Assembly: GCA_963920595.1 (NCBI GenBank)
Contig: OY986949.1
Location: 558,001-622,000, forward strand
Length of the DNA: 64,000 nucleotides
Direction: 5' to 3'
Source of the DNA: Eimeria praecox
Lineage: Eukaryota
The position numbers and the translations under genes were made by a program. The notes under the pieces were generated by a model. The model made no database searches, was not told the origin of the DNA, and was given only the letters and a program-made list of their open reading frames with translations. Shown piece after piece: positions 25,401-38,907 of this stretch. How positions within the stretch are numbered: position 1 is the stretch's first letter; each line of letters begins with the position of its first letter.

Positions 25401-26799
25401 AGCGCGATGCCTTGTGCAGCTGCTAGAGTGAGTCATCTCATATTTTAGGGACACTACAGGAGGGGCAGAAGGAGAGCGGAAGCCTGCTGCAGGGTCACTG
25501 CCCCTTTCACGACCCGAAACAAGACCCTTCGTTAAAGGTGAAACAATGGATTAATCCAGAATATATCGTGCAGTGTGGTGAGCTGCATGAAGGAGCTTTT
25601 CTTTCTAATATCTGCACCCTAATGCTTGATGATGTCCACTCCTGACTGGTTCGCGAGGAATAACCCAACGAAAAGGTGCGTCAGGAGGACACTACATGTA
25701 CCACTTTTCGCCTCGAAATTTTCGGTTTGGCTCAATCGTAAAGCGGGCCCTTATGCTTACACTAGCTGGCTGTCTGAGGGGTAAGCTGCTGCTCCATGGT
25801 TGTGCACGAGTCCCCTGAGGGGCCCTAGTGACCCATATTCACGAGTTTTGTGTGCAAGCCATCTGCATCTTTAAGTTCTCATCAGAACTTTGCCAGAATT
25901 GAAATTAGACTGCATTGAAAACCATCAAGGTGCTTCTGTTGTGGCTAGGGAAGAGCTGCAGGAAACGACGCATTGGGGCACGAAGCCCTTCCAATGTGAC
26001 TTGCTACCAATCACCTGGCCACAATAGATCAGGCCTTTTCCGTCCATTACAAGTGCAGTAAACGTATCAAGTGTTAGGATTAATTGATCAAAATTCAAAT
26101 ATAATCAAGGAAGACCGCTTTCAGGATGCAACGAAGCTCCAACCGAACGCCCGAGGTCCAGGACCTCGCTTGCCGACAGACCCTAGGCCACTGGACTGAT
26201 GTCACGCTACCCGCCTCGTGGCTACCTTGTGGCCTTGTCCACTTTAATCAGTTTCGCTCTCAATCACCTGCAAATATCCGAATTAACAAGCAAACAAAGT
26301 GTTGCCTTTTTCAAAACCATTGTTTTTTCAATATTATTATCGCGTTAGCGTCTGCGTCTGCAAAGCAGCGAGTGTCCTGCCATCGACAGCCCAGGCAATT
26401 GTCTTCGGAAACAACTTTCGTCACGCTATCTGCTTCTCTCACCGCTTCTAACCGTCTGAATATTATAGTCTGCTGTGAGGTCTTTCATCCTCACCAAGGT
26501 AAGAAGGCAAGAATTCCCTCCACGGCTGCGAGCCTTTACCCAGCAAAGCGAATTCTTAGTGTCTTTGGTCAGAATCTTTGGCGCCTTCGGTCACTGGGTG
26601 CACTCCTACACGCCTTGATGAAACCCGCTATCCTCATAGCTCCTTTACGCCCATTGGATGTTTTGTACATCACTCAAGTAGCAAAGTTTGGACCTTCGGG
26701 CATGGTGTACGCGCCACAGGCCCACTCAATGTCCATCGTGTGCTCTGCCTTTGGCCTGTCATCCGCAGCCTGGACGGAAACTACTGAAACTACTGGAGA

Positions 26800-29700
26800 A
26801 TGATGCTCATAAGCTACCCGCTACATGGGGCATGTACCCTACTAGCTCTCCTTGGTGTCTTTGGGGGTTCTGAGGCAAATTACATGCCAATTTCCTCATC
26901 AGGACTCTCCGTGCAGGAGCAGTTCACTAGAGAAGAGCCCCGACAGCTTCTAGACGGAGGTACGCCATACTTGATTTATTGCTTACTCTGCTGAGTGCTT
27001 GAGCATCAGATAGTTTCAGTTCATATTGCATGGACATTCTTCAGGTGTTCATGGAATGGGCCGGGTCATTCTGTTCGTCGTTGTGTCTCCCGTTACCTCT
27101 CAGAAATTCCGCGTAACGATAGTGGTGGCTTTCGTAGTGGTGGTCAGAAAAGCAGTGATGGCGGCTTCGGGGAGGAGAAGGAAACTCCTCCGCATGAGTA
27201 TCCCGAGATGGCAGCTATACCAATGATGGCTGAAGCCGTCTTGGAGGACTGTGAGGATGAGGAAGAAGAGGAAGAAGAGGAAACTTCAGGCAGCACAAGG
27301 AGTAGCGATGAATCTTCGTCAAAAGAAGCTGACGAAGCTGCTTCGTTCAGAAAGGTACAGACATATAACACAACGGAGAGCGGTCCTCATCTGTTTGGTA
27401 GTAAAGGAATCCACTGCTCCGGATGCACGGCCTCTAATGTTCAACCAGTCGCACAGCGGAAGACTTACCGGAGAACACCTGCTCATGCGCACCAGCTGCA
27501 TGCACAAAGGAGTGTGAAAGTGCTTCATGATCGTTCCTTCAATGAGGCTACATCGGGAAAGCAGACGACCCTTCGTAGGAATCAGCCGCACAGTGAGGGA
27601 GCACCACGGAATCCACAGGTTTACCGCTTTGAAGGAAATGCGACTCATTTGAATATCCCGATAATTCGCCGAGCGTCTGGTCCGCAAGACACGGGAGAGC
27701 TGGAAGGCACAACCCGCAACTGTACCAGCAAGGACTTTCCACAGGGCACCCGAGTCGCCTACAGGGCCCGATATCCACGCGGAACAGGCACTCCTAAGGG
27801 ATGCCTTCAAGAGAGGGTTTCCTCTCCACAAGTCTCTCACGTGGTTAAGAGAGAGCATTATTCGTCCGATATGGGTGCAACTGAAGCAGAAGAGTACTGC
27901 ACTGATGGCTGTCAGCAAGCCGTCCCACATGCTTTCATTGTTAGATGCCCACGCAGAACAGGCACGCCTCAGGGGTGCCTTCACAGGAGAGAGCATTCTC
28001 CACAAATCGTTCGTTCTGCCCGGACATTGGACTATCCCTCCGGTGTGCATGAATCTGAAGCAGAGCAATATTATCGTGGCCGCTGTAGGCAAGCAACTCG
28101 CGGGAGATACAGGGCTCGATATCCATGCGGAACAGGCACGCCTCAGGGAAGCCTTCACAGGAGAGACGCCTCACAACAAACATTTCATCAGTTTAAAGGC
28201 GCCACCCAGCAACATGGCAATGGCGCACCTGTTCCAAGCATGCGCAGCAGCGGGATGCATCTACCAAGCACTCGGCCAAACCCTGGTACTCGGTTTCCAC
28301 GAAGAACTGGCACACCGCAGGGAAGCCTTCAAAGGCTAGTTACCCCTCTGCAAAGGCCCCAATCAGTGCAGGTTCTCCATAGCCAGCACAGTAGCATCTC
28401 TCCTGAATCGCAAGTACGCATAGACGAAGAATGTCCGCAGGCGACACAATTGGCCCGCAGGGATCGGTGCCCACAAGGAACAGGCACGCCTCAGGGATGC
28501 CTTCGCAGGAGGGAACCTCCCGTACAAATCTCTCACATGGTTCAAGAAACCCCTTATTCTACCGAGATGGACTTGCCTGAAAGCGAAGCATACAACAGTG
28601 ACGACTGTTCGCAAGCCTTGCGTGGGACTTGGACGGATCCATTGCCATGCGCAGCAGGCGTGTTTCAGGGATGCCTTTGCATGAGGGAAGCCTCACCGCA
28701 ACCCCCCCAAGCAGTTCAAGATCCCCCAGATGCAAGCGGCACGTGTACATCCGAAGGAAAAACATTCAGTGGAGAGACGTCTTCAACCAGTTTTCGCGAG
28801 GCCTTCACCGCTCGCTATTTTGCAGAAGCACGCATGGCGGAGACAGGTGCCGATAGTGACTTTGACTTTCAGTGGGATGACGGTGAGGAAAATGACGAAC
28901 TCATTTCCCTTGCTTGTGAGGCGGTCACAAAGTCAAGCTTATCACCATTGCAACAGCGGCAAAAGAGAACAGACGAACCTCAACAGAGCTGTCGAACTAA
29001 CAGGTTCGAAGAGACTGTCCCAGCTGCCAATCAAAGGCAGGCCTTAGAAGCTGTCGACCCCTTCCAGATTGTGAGATTCTGTTCAATGTGCTGGCTGTAC
29101 GGCCTTAGCAGCTGCCTTCGTGAGCGCATGAGCAACACCCATACCAATGCATATCACTGCATATTGTTTTGCAGCAATTCAAAGTTTGCTTCTGGTTCCC
29201 GTTGTTTTGGGTTTGCAGCGAACACAAGAGACTCCCCAATATGCTATCGCCCCGCAAACAGATGGCCAGGACAAGCAGCAACAGGCGCACCAGCAGCAGA
29301 GCAGGATTGCACTATTAGGTTTGCCTCACACAGCAGTTGGGAGCACAAATTCTAAGTGGAGCACCTCTTGCGAGAATACAGGTCTTCTCGACCCGTCGGG
29401 GATTTGGAGTTCTAAGTGGGTGCCAGATTTCCCTGGGAATCCTGCCTGGGAAGGGGTAGGAAGTGCCAACAGTACACATTTTTCGGTGGGACGTCAGGAG
29501 GATGATTGTTGGGGACGACGAAGGCACAAGGAGGTCTCGAGTTCAAATAGCGATTCAAATCGTTGTCTGCAACATCCGGCTACGCCTGACGAACAGACGC
29601 AGATGCCGGGCCTTAGTACACATACAGTTAATCCTTTTCAGTTACCACAAGTTGCACAGGCTGCAGGTGGATGTGACCATTGTGGCATTTCGTCATCAAT

Positions 29701-31147
29701 GAACTCAGGGAAAACATCATCATCTCCATCACATGGCATTACATCAGAGAATTCAGGGACCACTTCACAAAGTCCCTTCAAACAAGGCCAAGCTGGCCTA
29801 GGAAATTTGAGCTGCTGTCTATCAGCTGGTACCTTCTTGCAATCTCCCAGGTTAGGGCCCGACTTTCGTGCTGCTCTGTTGTCGACATCGTGGGCCCCTT
29901 CCTGCGATTTAGCAGGCCTTGATAAAGGGGTTGTGGGATGCAACCCTGAGCACGTGGAACCTGAGTCCTACGACTCATCCCACATGTCAGCGGACACTGA
30001 ACAGCACGATAGCAGGGCAATGAAAGGCCCATTGCTCAGATCCGCGCAAGCTAACGATCTACTCCGCCCAGCGGGTGGCAGCGAGTGCTCTCGCGCTGAC
30101 CTTGGCAATGCACAGCAAGCTCCTAAGGATTCTCCTGCGCCTCAAGACAACTCTCCAGAGGCCTTGTCACCATTTTGGCTTGGAGACGACCCTGTCCTAG
30201 AGCTGGTACAGAAATCTCAGTTTGCTTCTATTGGGGCATACATCCTTGCGAAGTCATCAAAGGGTTCAGCAAAGTTGCAGGAAGGCACTTCGAAAACTTC
30301 ATCGCTCCCGGACGGTGTTGTACCTAGGTCTCGTGAATCGCCAGAAGTCGCCAGTAGACTGAGCGAAGGTCCTCTACGTCTTCAGGAAGAACGAAGATCA
30401 CCAATACTTACGGTTTCAGGCGGCATTGGTGCGCTTCCAGCATATCATGCAAATTATACTCTGGAGGTACGCCAGCCACACACAAGTCATATATAAGCTA
30501 AACAAGTATTAGGCATGCATAAATGAAATGAAGCATTGAATTTGTACCTGTCCTAGATGGGTGCTTCCCTATCCACGCCGAGCTTCATCAGCAGAACTGG
30601 TGAATGCGCGTCATACTTCCTAGCATTTGCGAAAATACAAGCATCTACCTGTGTCCCCCTGGTCTGTCCAGCGTTCCCAAACTGTGTGCGGGCTTCGTCC
30701 ATTAGTAATGGGGCACGAACATGAACCAGATAGGCAGCTCAATGCCTCACAAGCAACGCAGCCACCGGACGCGGCATTATCGAGAGTTCCAATGAGCGTG
30801 GTGAAGATAGAGCAGACTCCAAGTAGTATTGTGCCAAACTGTGAAGAATCAGAACTCTTGGATTGCTTTTCACCTGCATTACATCACAAACAAGAGTCCG
30901 TCCCAGGTGGCCGTAACCGCCAGCCAGTTCTTTTCTACCTGCAGCAGTATAAGCAGGCATGATTTGCTTGTTCATTTCCTTTTGGCAGCATTCAAGCCAT
31001 AATATTCGTTTCCCTCCCCTGCTCTGCTTTTACTGCCTGTCTTCCGCCTTGTCTGCAGACACCTCGGAGACAGAAAATGCTTCGTGTAGTACCCCACCAG
31101 AAGATTATGCGCCCCGTCGCATTGCTAGCTTGAGATTGCAAGCCTAG
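26800..31147 (+). CDS. Array gene copy 1: 5-exon predicted secreted protein with 58-aa repeats, about 1232 aa
   Basis: Exons 26800-26959, 27104-29070, 29219-30466, 30672-30906 and 31059-31147 (3699 nt, phases 1,0,0,1, as in the 18.7-kb paralog). Signal-peptide-like MMLISYPLHGACTLLALLGVFGGSEA; poly-Glu tract; ends ...RRIASLRLQA*. Confidence 0.8.
27751..28830 (+). repeat. Intragenic diverged tandem repeat, period 174 bp (58 aa), about 6 units; present in every array copy
   Basis: The (G/R)TGTP codons start at 27781, 27955, 28129, 28303 and 28477, with a degenerate unit at 28651. Spacing is exactly 174 each time. Confidence 0.9.
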
Positions 31148-34100
31148 TTTCCTAGTCGTATCGACGCCACTGCAAATTTATGAATAGTGACAAGCAGAAC
31201 GTTGCACGAGCGACGCAGAGCCCAGGAGCAGCAGCTGTTCCGTCAGTTGCTGCGTCAGGGATGAATTGCTTCAGCACTGGTTAGGTCGTGGATGCCAGCC
31301 GGCCAGCCTCAGCAAGCCCATACTCCCTTAATTATGCACTTACATGGACCACAATTGTTTTTCAAAGCGGACGAGCCTTGCATCCTATTGGAGAGCATGC
31401 TGGTGTGCCCTCGTCGCCTCAGGCGGTACCTGGCCCACCTTCCTTCATTTACCATGAACAGCTTGCTGCCTGTTGCAGTCTAAGGTTGCCGACTCTGCAT
31501 GGTGCATTCCACTGCGTGCCACTTATCAATGTTATGTTGAGTGCAACAAAGCCTTGATCTAGTATGGGAAGGGACTAGGGAAACATAAATCTATGTGGAC
31601 TGCCCAATCAACAAAATCGGAATACATGCGTTGAACGTAGACGTATTGATGTGATATGAAACTCCGAAGTTGCCGTGCTTTGTCCTTGGCATAAACAGGA
31701 CTCGAGCTTTGCAACGATAGGTAATAGATTACTTATATACTCGAGGGTGACAAACAGAACTGCATATGAGGTCATCACAGCAGCCAAAGGGTTACAGGAA
31801 GCGAACATTTAACTCAGCTGCATTGCACTTGGTTGCTGCAGCTATTGGGAGAGCCTGTCTTTCTACAGTTAAGTGTAACATTAATTCAACTCACCAGCCC
31901 CTGCATGGGTGCTCCTCTAGTCAAATGCTTGCCGTAAAGCGCAAAGGCTCTCCACGGAAACCCTGTAATATTCATCTGGGTTTGGCAAAGCGTTGCCAAG
32001 GGAAATGTGTATCGCTTGCGAAGTACTGAGCAACTAATCGGGTGTCCGGCAGCCTGGAAACTTCTCTTGTTGTGGAGGCCGCAGATGGGGGTAAGGTTGC
32101 ACTAGCGTTGGTGTCTGAAGAACCTGTGTCGAGCAATCCAGTTCGTTGCTCTACGGAGATACAGCCACTGGCGAGAGAAAGTGACCTCGCCGTACAGACG
32201 ATTTAAGGGGCACCTGATGAGGCAAGGCTGCTTCCCTGGGTTTTAATCAGGAGCGAGCGAAAGCTGGATCTATGGCCAGACATACTTTGTATTTCCCCAT
32301 AGATTCTCCCTGCCACTCGCCTCTAATAGCCTGCAAATAATGCGACGAAATCTTGGCCGACGGTATTTGTTTCCGTGAGAACGGAGAAGATCTGGACTAC
32401 CCAGCCCAAAGCAATGGCATCACCTCCAAGTGTTTGCTGCTGGAGGTGCCCACTGTTTCGCTATCACAGGACCAGCCATCAACGCAGCAATGAAATGACG
32501 GCGTGTATATCTGAGCCCACGAGGCAAAGGGTGCAAGCATGACTGCTTACTCACTAAGGAAGGAAAGCGCATGCTCAGTCACGTCACCACCGATAGCATG
32601 AGTGGTTAAGCCAGCGCAGGTAAAACGCAGCACAGACCGGCTCGCATCTTCTGTTACACACACGGCCTTCAGCACCTGTGACAGTACGCAAAGACCCCAT
32701 TTCTGCTTCGCGTCCGCGCAGTAAACACAAATTATCAGCATTGTCATGTGATGTTTCTACCGCACTTTCGCTTGAAAGGACGATGCAGATTTAGGGAGTG
32801 AAACGGGCACTGAACCAATATTATGCTCTGAGCATGGGGCTACAGCGTCACGAACATTCCGAGGCGCAGTGGAAAAGCCACGAGATTGTGCATATCCTAC
32901 TCTGCATTAGAACAACGCGGAGGTGCGTAAATGCTTAAACACCCGCAACTCAAGATGACCACTTGCCATTCATGCTGTGAAGAGAAAGATACAAAAGGGA
33001 AGGCACGTGTAGTCCATGCAATAGTGCAATAGACGAGGTACCCAGCAGTGTTCTGTTTCGTTCTGCTTCTGAACAGCGCAGAGTACACAGTGCTCCCTTA
33101 CTCATGCATGTTTTAGATATATGGAGGGATTATCTAGCTTAGAGGTGGATGCCGGATGAGAGCGCGATGCCTTGTGCAGCTGCTAGAGTGAGTCATCTCA
33201 TATTTTAGGGACACTACAGGAGGGGCAGAAGGAGAGCGGAAGCCTGCTGCAGTGTCACTGCCCCTTTCACGACCCGAAACAAGACCCTTCGTTAAAGGTG
33301 AAACAATGGATTAATCCAGAATATATCGTGCAGTGTGGTGAGCTGCATGAAGGAGCTTTTCTTTCTAATATCTGCACCCTAATGCTTGATGATGTCCACT
33401 CCTGACTGGTTCGCGAGGAATAACCCAACGAAAAGGTGCGTCAGGAGGACACTACATGTACCACTTTTCGCCTCGAAATTTTCGGTTTGGCTCAATCGTA
33501 AAGCGGGCCCTTATGCTTACACTAGCTGGCTGTCTGAAGGGTAAGCTGCTGCTCCATGGTTGTGCACGAGTCCCCTGAGGGGCCCTAGTGACCCATATTC
33601 ACGAGTTTTGTGTGCAAGCCATCTGCATCTTTAAGTTCTCATCAGAACTTTGCCAGAATTGAAATTAGACTGCATTGAAAACCATCAAGGTGCTTCTGTT
33701 GTGGCTAGGGAAGAGCTGCAGGAAACGACGCATTGGGGCACGAAGCCCTTCCAATGTGACTTGCTACCAATCACCTGGCCACAATAGATCAGGCCTTTTC
33801 CGTCCATTACAAGTGCAGTAAACGTATCAAGTGTTAGGATTAATTGATCAAAATTCAAATATAATCAAGGAAGACCGCTTTCAGGATGCAACGAAGCTCC
33901 AACCGAACGCCCGAGGTCCAGGACCTCGCTTGCCGACAGACCCTAGGCCACTGGACTGATGTCACGCTACCCGCCTCGTGGCTACCTTGTGGCCTTGTCC
34001 ACTTTAATCAGTTTCGCTCTCAATCACCTGCAAATATCCGAATTAACAAGCAAACAAAGTGTTGCCTTTTTCAAAACCATTGTTTTTTCAATATTATTAT

Positions 34101-34559
34101 CGCGTTAGCGTCTGCGTCTGCAAAGCAGCGAGTGTCCTGCCATCGACAGCCCAGGCAATTGTCTTCGGAAACAACTTTCGTCACGCTATCTGCTTCTCTC
34201 ACCGCTTCTAACCGTCTGAATATTATAGTCTGCTGTGAGGTCTTTCATCCTCACCAAGGTAAGAAGGCAAGAATTCCCTCCACGGCTGCGAGCCTTTACC
34301 CAGCAAAGCGAATTCTTAGTGTCTTTGGTCAGAATCTTTGGCGCCTTCGGTCACTGGGTGCACTCCTACACGCCTTGATGAAACCCGCTATCCTCATAGC
34401 TCCTTTACGCCCATTGGATGTTTTGTACATCACTCAAGTAGCAAAGTTTGGACCTTAGGACATGGTGTACGCGCCACAGGCCCACTCAATGTCCATCGTG
34501 TGCTCTGCCTTTGGCCTGTCATCCGCAGCCTGGACGGAAACTACTGAAACTACTGGAGA

Positions 34560-37500
34560 ATGATGCTCATAAGCTACCCGCTACATAGGGCATGTACCCT
34601 ACTAGCTCTCCTTGGTGTCTTTGGGGGTTCTGAGGCAAATTACATGCCAAGCTCCTCATCAGGACTCTCCGTGCAGGAGCAGTTCACTAGAGAAGAGCCC
34701 CGACAGCTTCTAGACGGAGGTACGCCATACTTGATTTATTGCTTACTCTGCTGAGTGCTTGAGCATCAGATAGTTTCAGTTCATATTGCATGAACATTCT
34801 TCAGGTGTTCATGGAATGGGCCGGGTCATTCTGTTCGTCGTTGTGTCTCCCGTTACCTCTCAGAAATTCCGCGTAACGATAGTGGTGGCTTTCGTAGTGG
34901 TGGTCAGAAAAGCAGTGATGGCGGCTTCGGGGAGGAGAAGGAAACTCCTCCGCATGAGTATCCCGAGATGGCAGCTATACCAATGATGGCTGAAGCCGTC
35001 TTGGAGGACTGTGAGGATGAGGAAGAAGAGGAAGAAGAGGAAACTTCAGGCAGCACAAGGAGTAGCGATGAATCTTCGTCAAAAGAAGCTGACGAAGCTG
35101 CTTCGTTCAGAAAGGTACAGACATATAACACAACGGAGAGCGGTCCTCATCTGTTTGGTAGTAAAGGAATCCACTGCTCCGGATGCACGGCCTCTAATGT
35201 TCAACCAGTCGCACAGCGGAAGACTTACCGGAGAACACCTGCTCATGCGCACCAGCTGCATGCACAAAGGAGTGTGAAAGTGCTTCATGATCGTTCCTTC
35301 AATGAGGCTACATCGGGAAAGCAGACGACCCTTCGTAGGAATCAGCCGCACAGTGAGGGAGCACCACGGAATCCACAGGTTTACCGCTTTGAAGGAAATG
35401 CGACTCATTTGAATATCCCGATAATTCGCCGAGCGTCTGGTCCGCAAGACACGGGAGAGCTGGAAGGCACAACCCGCAACTGTACCAGCAAGGACTTTCC
35501 ACAGGGCACCCGAGTCGCCTACAGGGCCCGATATCCACGCGGAACAGGCACTCCTAAGGGATGCCTTCAAGAGAGGGTTTCCTCTCCACAAGTCTCTCAC
35601 GTGGTTAAGAGAGAGCATTATTCGTCCGATATGGGTGCAACTGAAGCAGAAGAGTACTGCACTGATGGCTGTCAGCAAGCCGTCCCACATGCTTTCATTG
35701 TTAGATGCCCACGCAGAACAGGCACGCCTCAGGGGTGCCTTCACAGGAGAGAGCATTCTCCACAAATCGTTCGTTCTGCCCGGACATTGGACTATCCCTC
35801 CGGTGTGCATGAATCTGAAGCAGAGCAATATTATCGTGGCCGCTGTAGGCAAGCAACTCGCGGGAGATACAGGGCTCGATATCCATGCGGAACAGGCACG
35901 CCTCAGGGAAGCCTTCACAGGAGAGACGCCTCACAACAAACATTTCATCAGTTTAAAGGCGCCACCCAGCAACATGGCAATGGCGCACCTGTTCCAAGCA
36001 TGCGCAGCAGCGGGATGCATCTACCAAGCACTCGGCCAAACCCTGGTACTCGGTTTCCACGAAGAACTGGCACACCGCAGGGAAGCCTTCAAAGGCTAGT
36101 TACCCCTCTGCAAAGGCCCCAATCAGTGCAGGTTCTCCATAGCCAGCACAGTAGCATCTCTCCTGAATCGCAAGTACGCATAGACGAAGAATGTCCGCAG
36201 GCGACACAATTGGCCCGCAGGGATCGGTGCCCACAAGGAACAGGCACGCCTCAGGGATGCCTTCGCAGGAGGGAACCTCCCGTACAAATCTCTCACATGG
36301 TTCAAGAAACCCCTTATTCTACCGAGATGGACTTGCCTGAAAGCGAAGCATACAACAGTGACGACTGTTCGCAAGCCTTGCGTGGGACTTGGACGGATCC
36401 ATTGCCATGCGCAGCAGGCGTGTTTCAGGGATGCCTTTGCATGAGGGAAGCCTCACCGCAACCCCCCCAAGCAGTTCAAGATCCCCCAGATGCAAGCGGC
36501 ACGTGTACATCCGAAGGAAAAACATTCAGTGGAGAGACGTCTTCAACCAGTTTTCGCGAGGCCTTCACCGCTCGCTATTTTGCAGAAGCACGCATGGCGG
36601 AGACAGGTGCCGATAGTGACTTTGACTTTCAGTGGGATGACGGTGAGGAAAATGACGAACTCATTTCCCTTGCTTGTGAGGCGGTCACAAAGTCAAGCTT
36701 ATCACCATTGCAACAGCGGCAAAAGAGAACAGACGAACCTCAACAGAGCTGTCGAACTAACAGGTTCGAAGAGACTGTCCCAGCTGCCAATCAAAGGCAG
36801 GCCTTAGAAGCTGCCGACCCCTTCCAGATTGTGAGATTCTGTTCAATGTGCTGGCTGTACGGCCTTAGCAGCTGCCTTCGTGAGCGCATGAGCAACACCC
36901 ATACCAATGCATATCATTGCATATTGTTTTGCGGCAATTCAAAGTTTGCTTCTGGTTCCCGTTGTTTTGGGTTTGCAGCGAACACAAGAGACTCCCCAAT
37001 ATGCTATCGCCCCGCAAACAGATGGCCAGGACAAGCAGCAACAGGCGCACCAGCAGCAGAGCAGGATTGCACTATTAGGTTTGCCTCACACAGCAGTTGG
37101 GAGCACAAATTCTAAGTGGAGCACCTCTTGCGAGAATACAGGTCTTCTCGACCCGTCGGGGATTTGGAGTTCTAAGTGGGTGCCAGATTTCCCTGGGAAT
37201 CCTGCCTGGGAAGGGGTAGGAAGTGCCAACAGTACACATTTTTCGGTGGGACGTCAGGAGGATGATTGTTGGGGACGACGAAGGCACAAGGAGGTCTCGA
37301 GTTCAAATAGCGATTCAAATCGTTGTCTGCAACATCCGGCTACGCCTGACGAACAGACGCAGATGCCGGGCCTTAGTACACATACAGTTAATCCTTTTCA
37401 GTTACCACAAGTTGCACAGGCTGCAGGTGGATGTGACCATTGTGGCATTTCGTCATCAATGAACTCAGGGAAAACATCATCATCTCCATCACATGGCATT

Positions 37501-38907
37501 ACATCAGAGAATTCAGGGACCACTTCACAAAGTCCCTTCAAACAAGGCCAAGCTGGCCTAGGAAATTTGAGCTGCTGTCTATCAGCTGGTACCTTCTTGC
37601 AATCTCCCAGGTTAGGGCCCGACTTTCGTGCTGCTCTGTTGTCGACATCGTGGGCCCCTTCCTGCGATTTAGCAGGCCTTGATAAAGGGGTTGTGGGATG
37701 CAACCCTGAGCACGTGGAACCTGAGTCCTACGACTCATCCCACATGTCAGCGGACACTGAACAGCACGATAGCAGGGCAATGAAAGGCCCATTGCTCAGA
37801 TCCGCGCAAGCTAACGATCTACTCCGCCCAGCGGGTGGCAGCGAGTGCTCTCGCGCTGACCTTGGCAATGCACAGCAAGCTCCTAAGGATTCTCCTGCGC
37901 CTCAAGACAACTCTCCAGAGGCCTTGTCACCATTTTGGCTTGGAGACGACCCTGTCCTAGAGCTGGTACAGAAATCTCAGTTTGCTTCTATTGGGGCATA
38001 CATCCTTGCGAAGTCATCAAAGGGTTCAGCAAAGTTGCAGGAAGGCACTTCGAAAACTTCATCGCTCCCGGACGGTGTTGTACCTAGGTCTCGTGAATCG
38101 CCAGAAGTCGCCAGTAGACTGAGCGAAGGTCCTCTACGTCTTCAGGAAGAACGAAGATCACCAATACTTACGGTTTCAGGCGGCATTGGTGCGCTTCCAG
38201 CATATCATGCAAATTATACTCTGGAGGTACGCCAGCCACACACAAGTCATATATAAGCTAAACAAGTATTAGGCATGCATAAATGAAATGAAGCATTGAA
38301 TTTGTACCTGTCCTAGATGGGTGCTTCCCTATCCACGCCGAGCTTCATCAGCAGAACTGGTGAATGCGCGTCATACTTCCTAGCATTTGCGAAAATACAA
38401 GCATCTACCTGTGTCCCCCTGGTCTGTCCAGCGTTCCCAAACTGTGTGCGGGCTTCGTCCATTAGTAATGGGGCACGAACATGAACCAGATAGGCAGCTC
38501 AATGCCTCACAAGCAACGCAGCCACCGGACGCGGCATTATCGAGAGTTCCAATGAGCGTGGTGAAGATAGAGCAGACTCCAAGTAGTATTGTGCCAAACT
38601 GTGAAGAATCAGAACTCTTGGATTGCTTTTCACCTGCATTACATCACAAACAAGAGTCCGTCCCAGGTGGCCGTAACCGCCAGCCAGTTCTTTTCTACCT
38701 GCAGCAGTATAAGCAGGCATGATTTGCTTGTTCATTTCCTTTTGGCAGCATTCAAGCCATAATATTCGTTTCCCTCCCCTGCTCTGCTTTTACTGCCTGT
38801 CTTCCGCCTTGTCTGCAGACACCTCGGAGACAGAAAATGCTTCGTGTAGTACCCCACCAGAAGATTATGCGCCCCGTCGCATTGCTAGCTTGAGATTGCA
38901 AGCCTAG
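34560..38907 (+). CDS. Array gene copy 2 (about 1232 aa)
   Basis: Copy 1 shifted by 7760: exons 34560-34719, 34864-36830, 36979-38226, 38432-38666 and 38819-38907. Frames open; same C-terminus as copy 1. Confidence 0.8.

Noticed and set aside
26126..26803. 225-aa ORF upstream of the array gene
   Set aside because: Broken by a stop in unit 2 and a frameshift in unit 3, with no protein-like features; probably 5' UTR or promoter.
26995..30496. Treating the 715/786-aa and 449-aa ORFs as separate genes, and the antisense 279-aa ORF as a gene
   Set aside because: Splice sites and the paralog show these are exons 2 and 3 of one gene. The antisense ORF is a shadow of the repeat exon.
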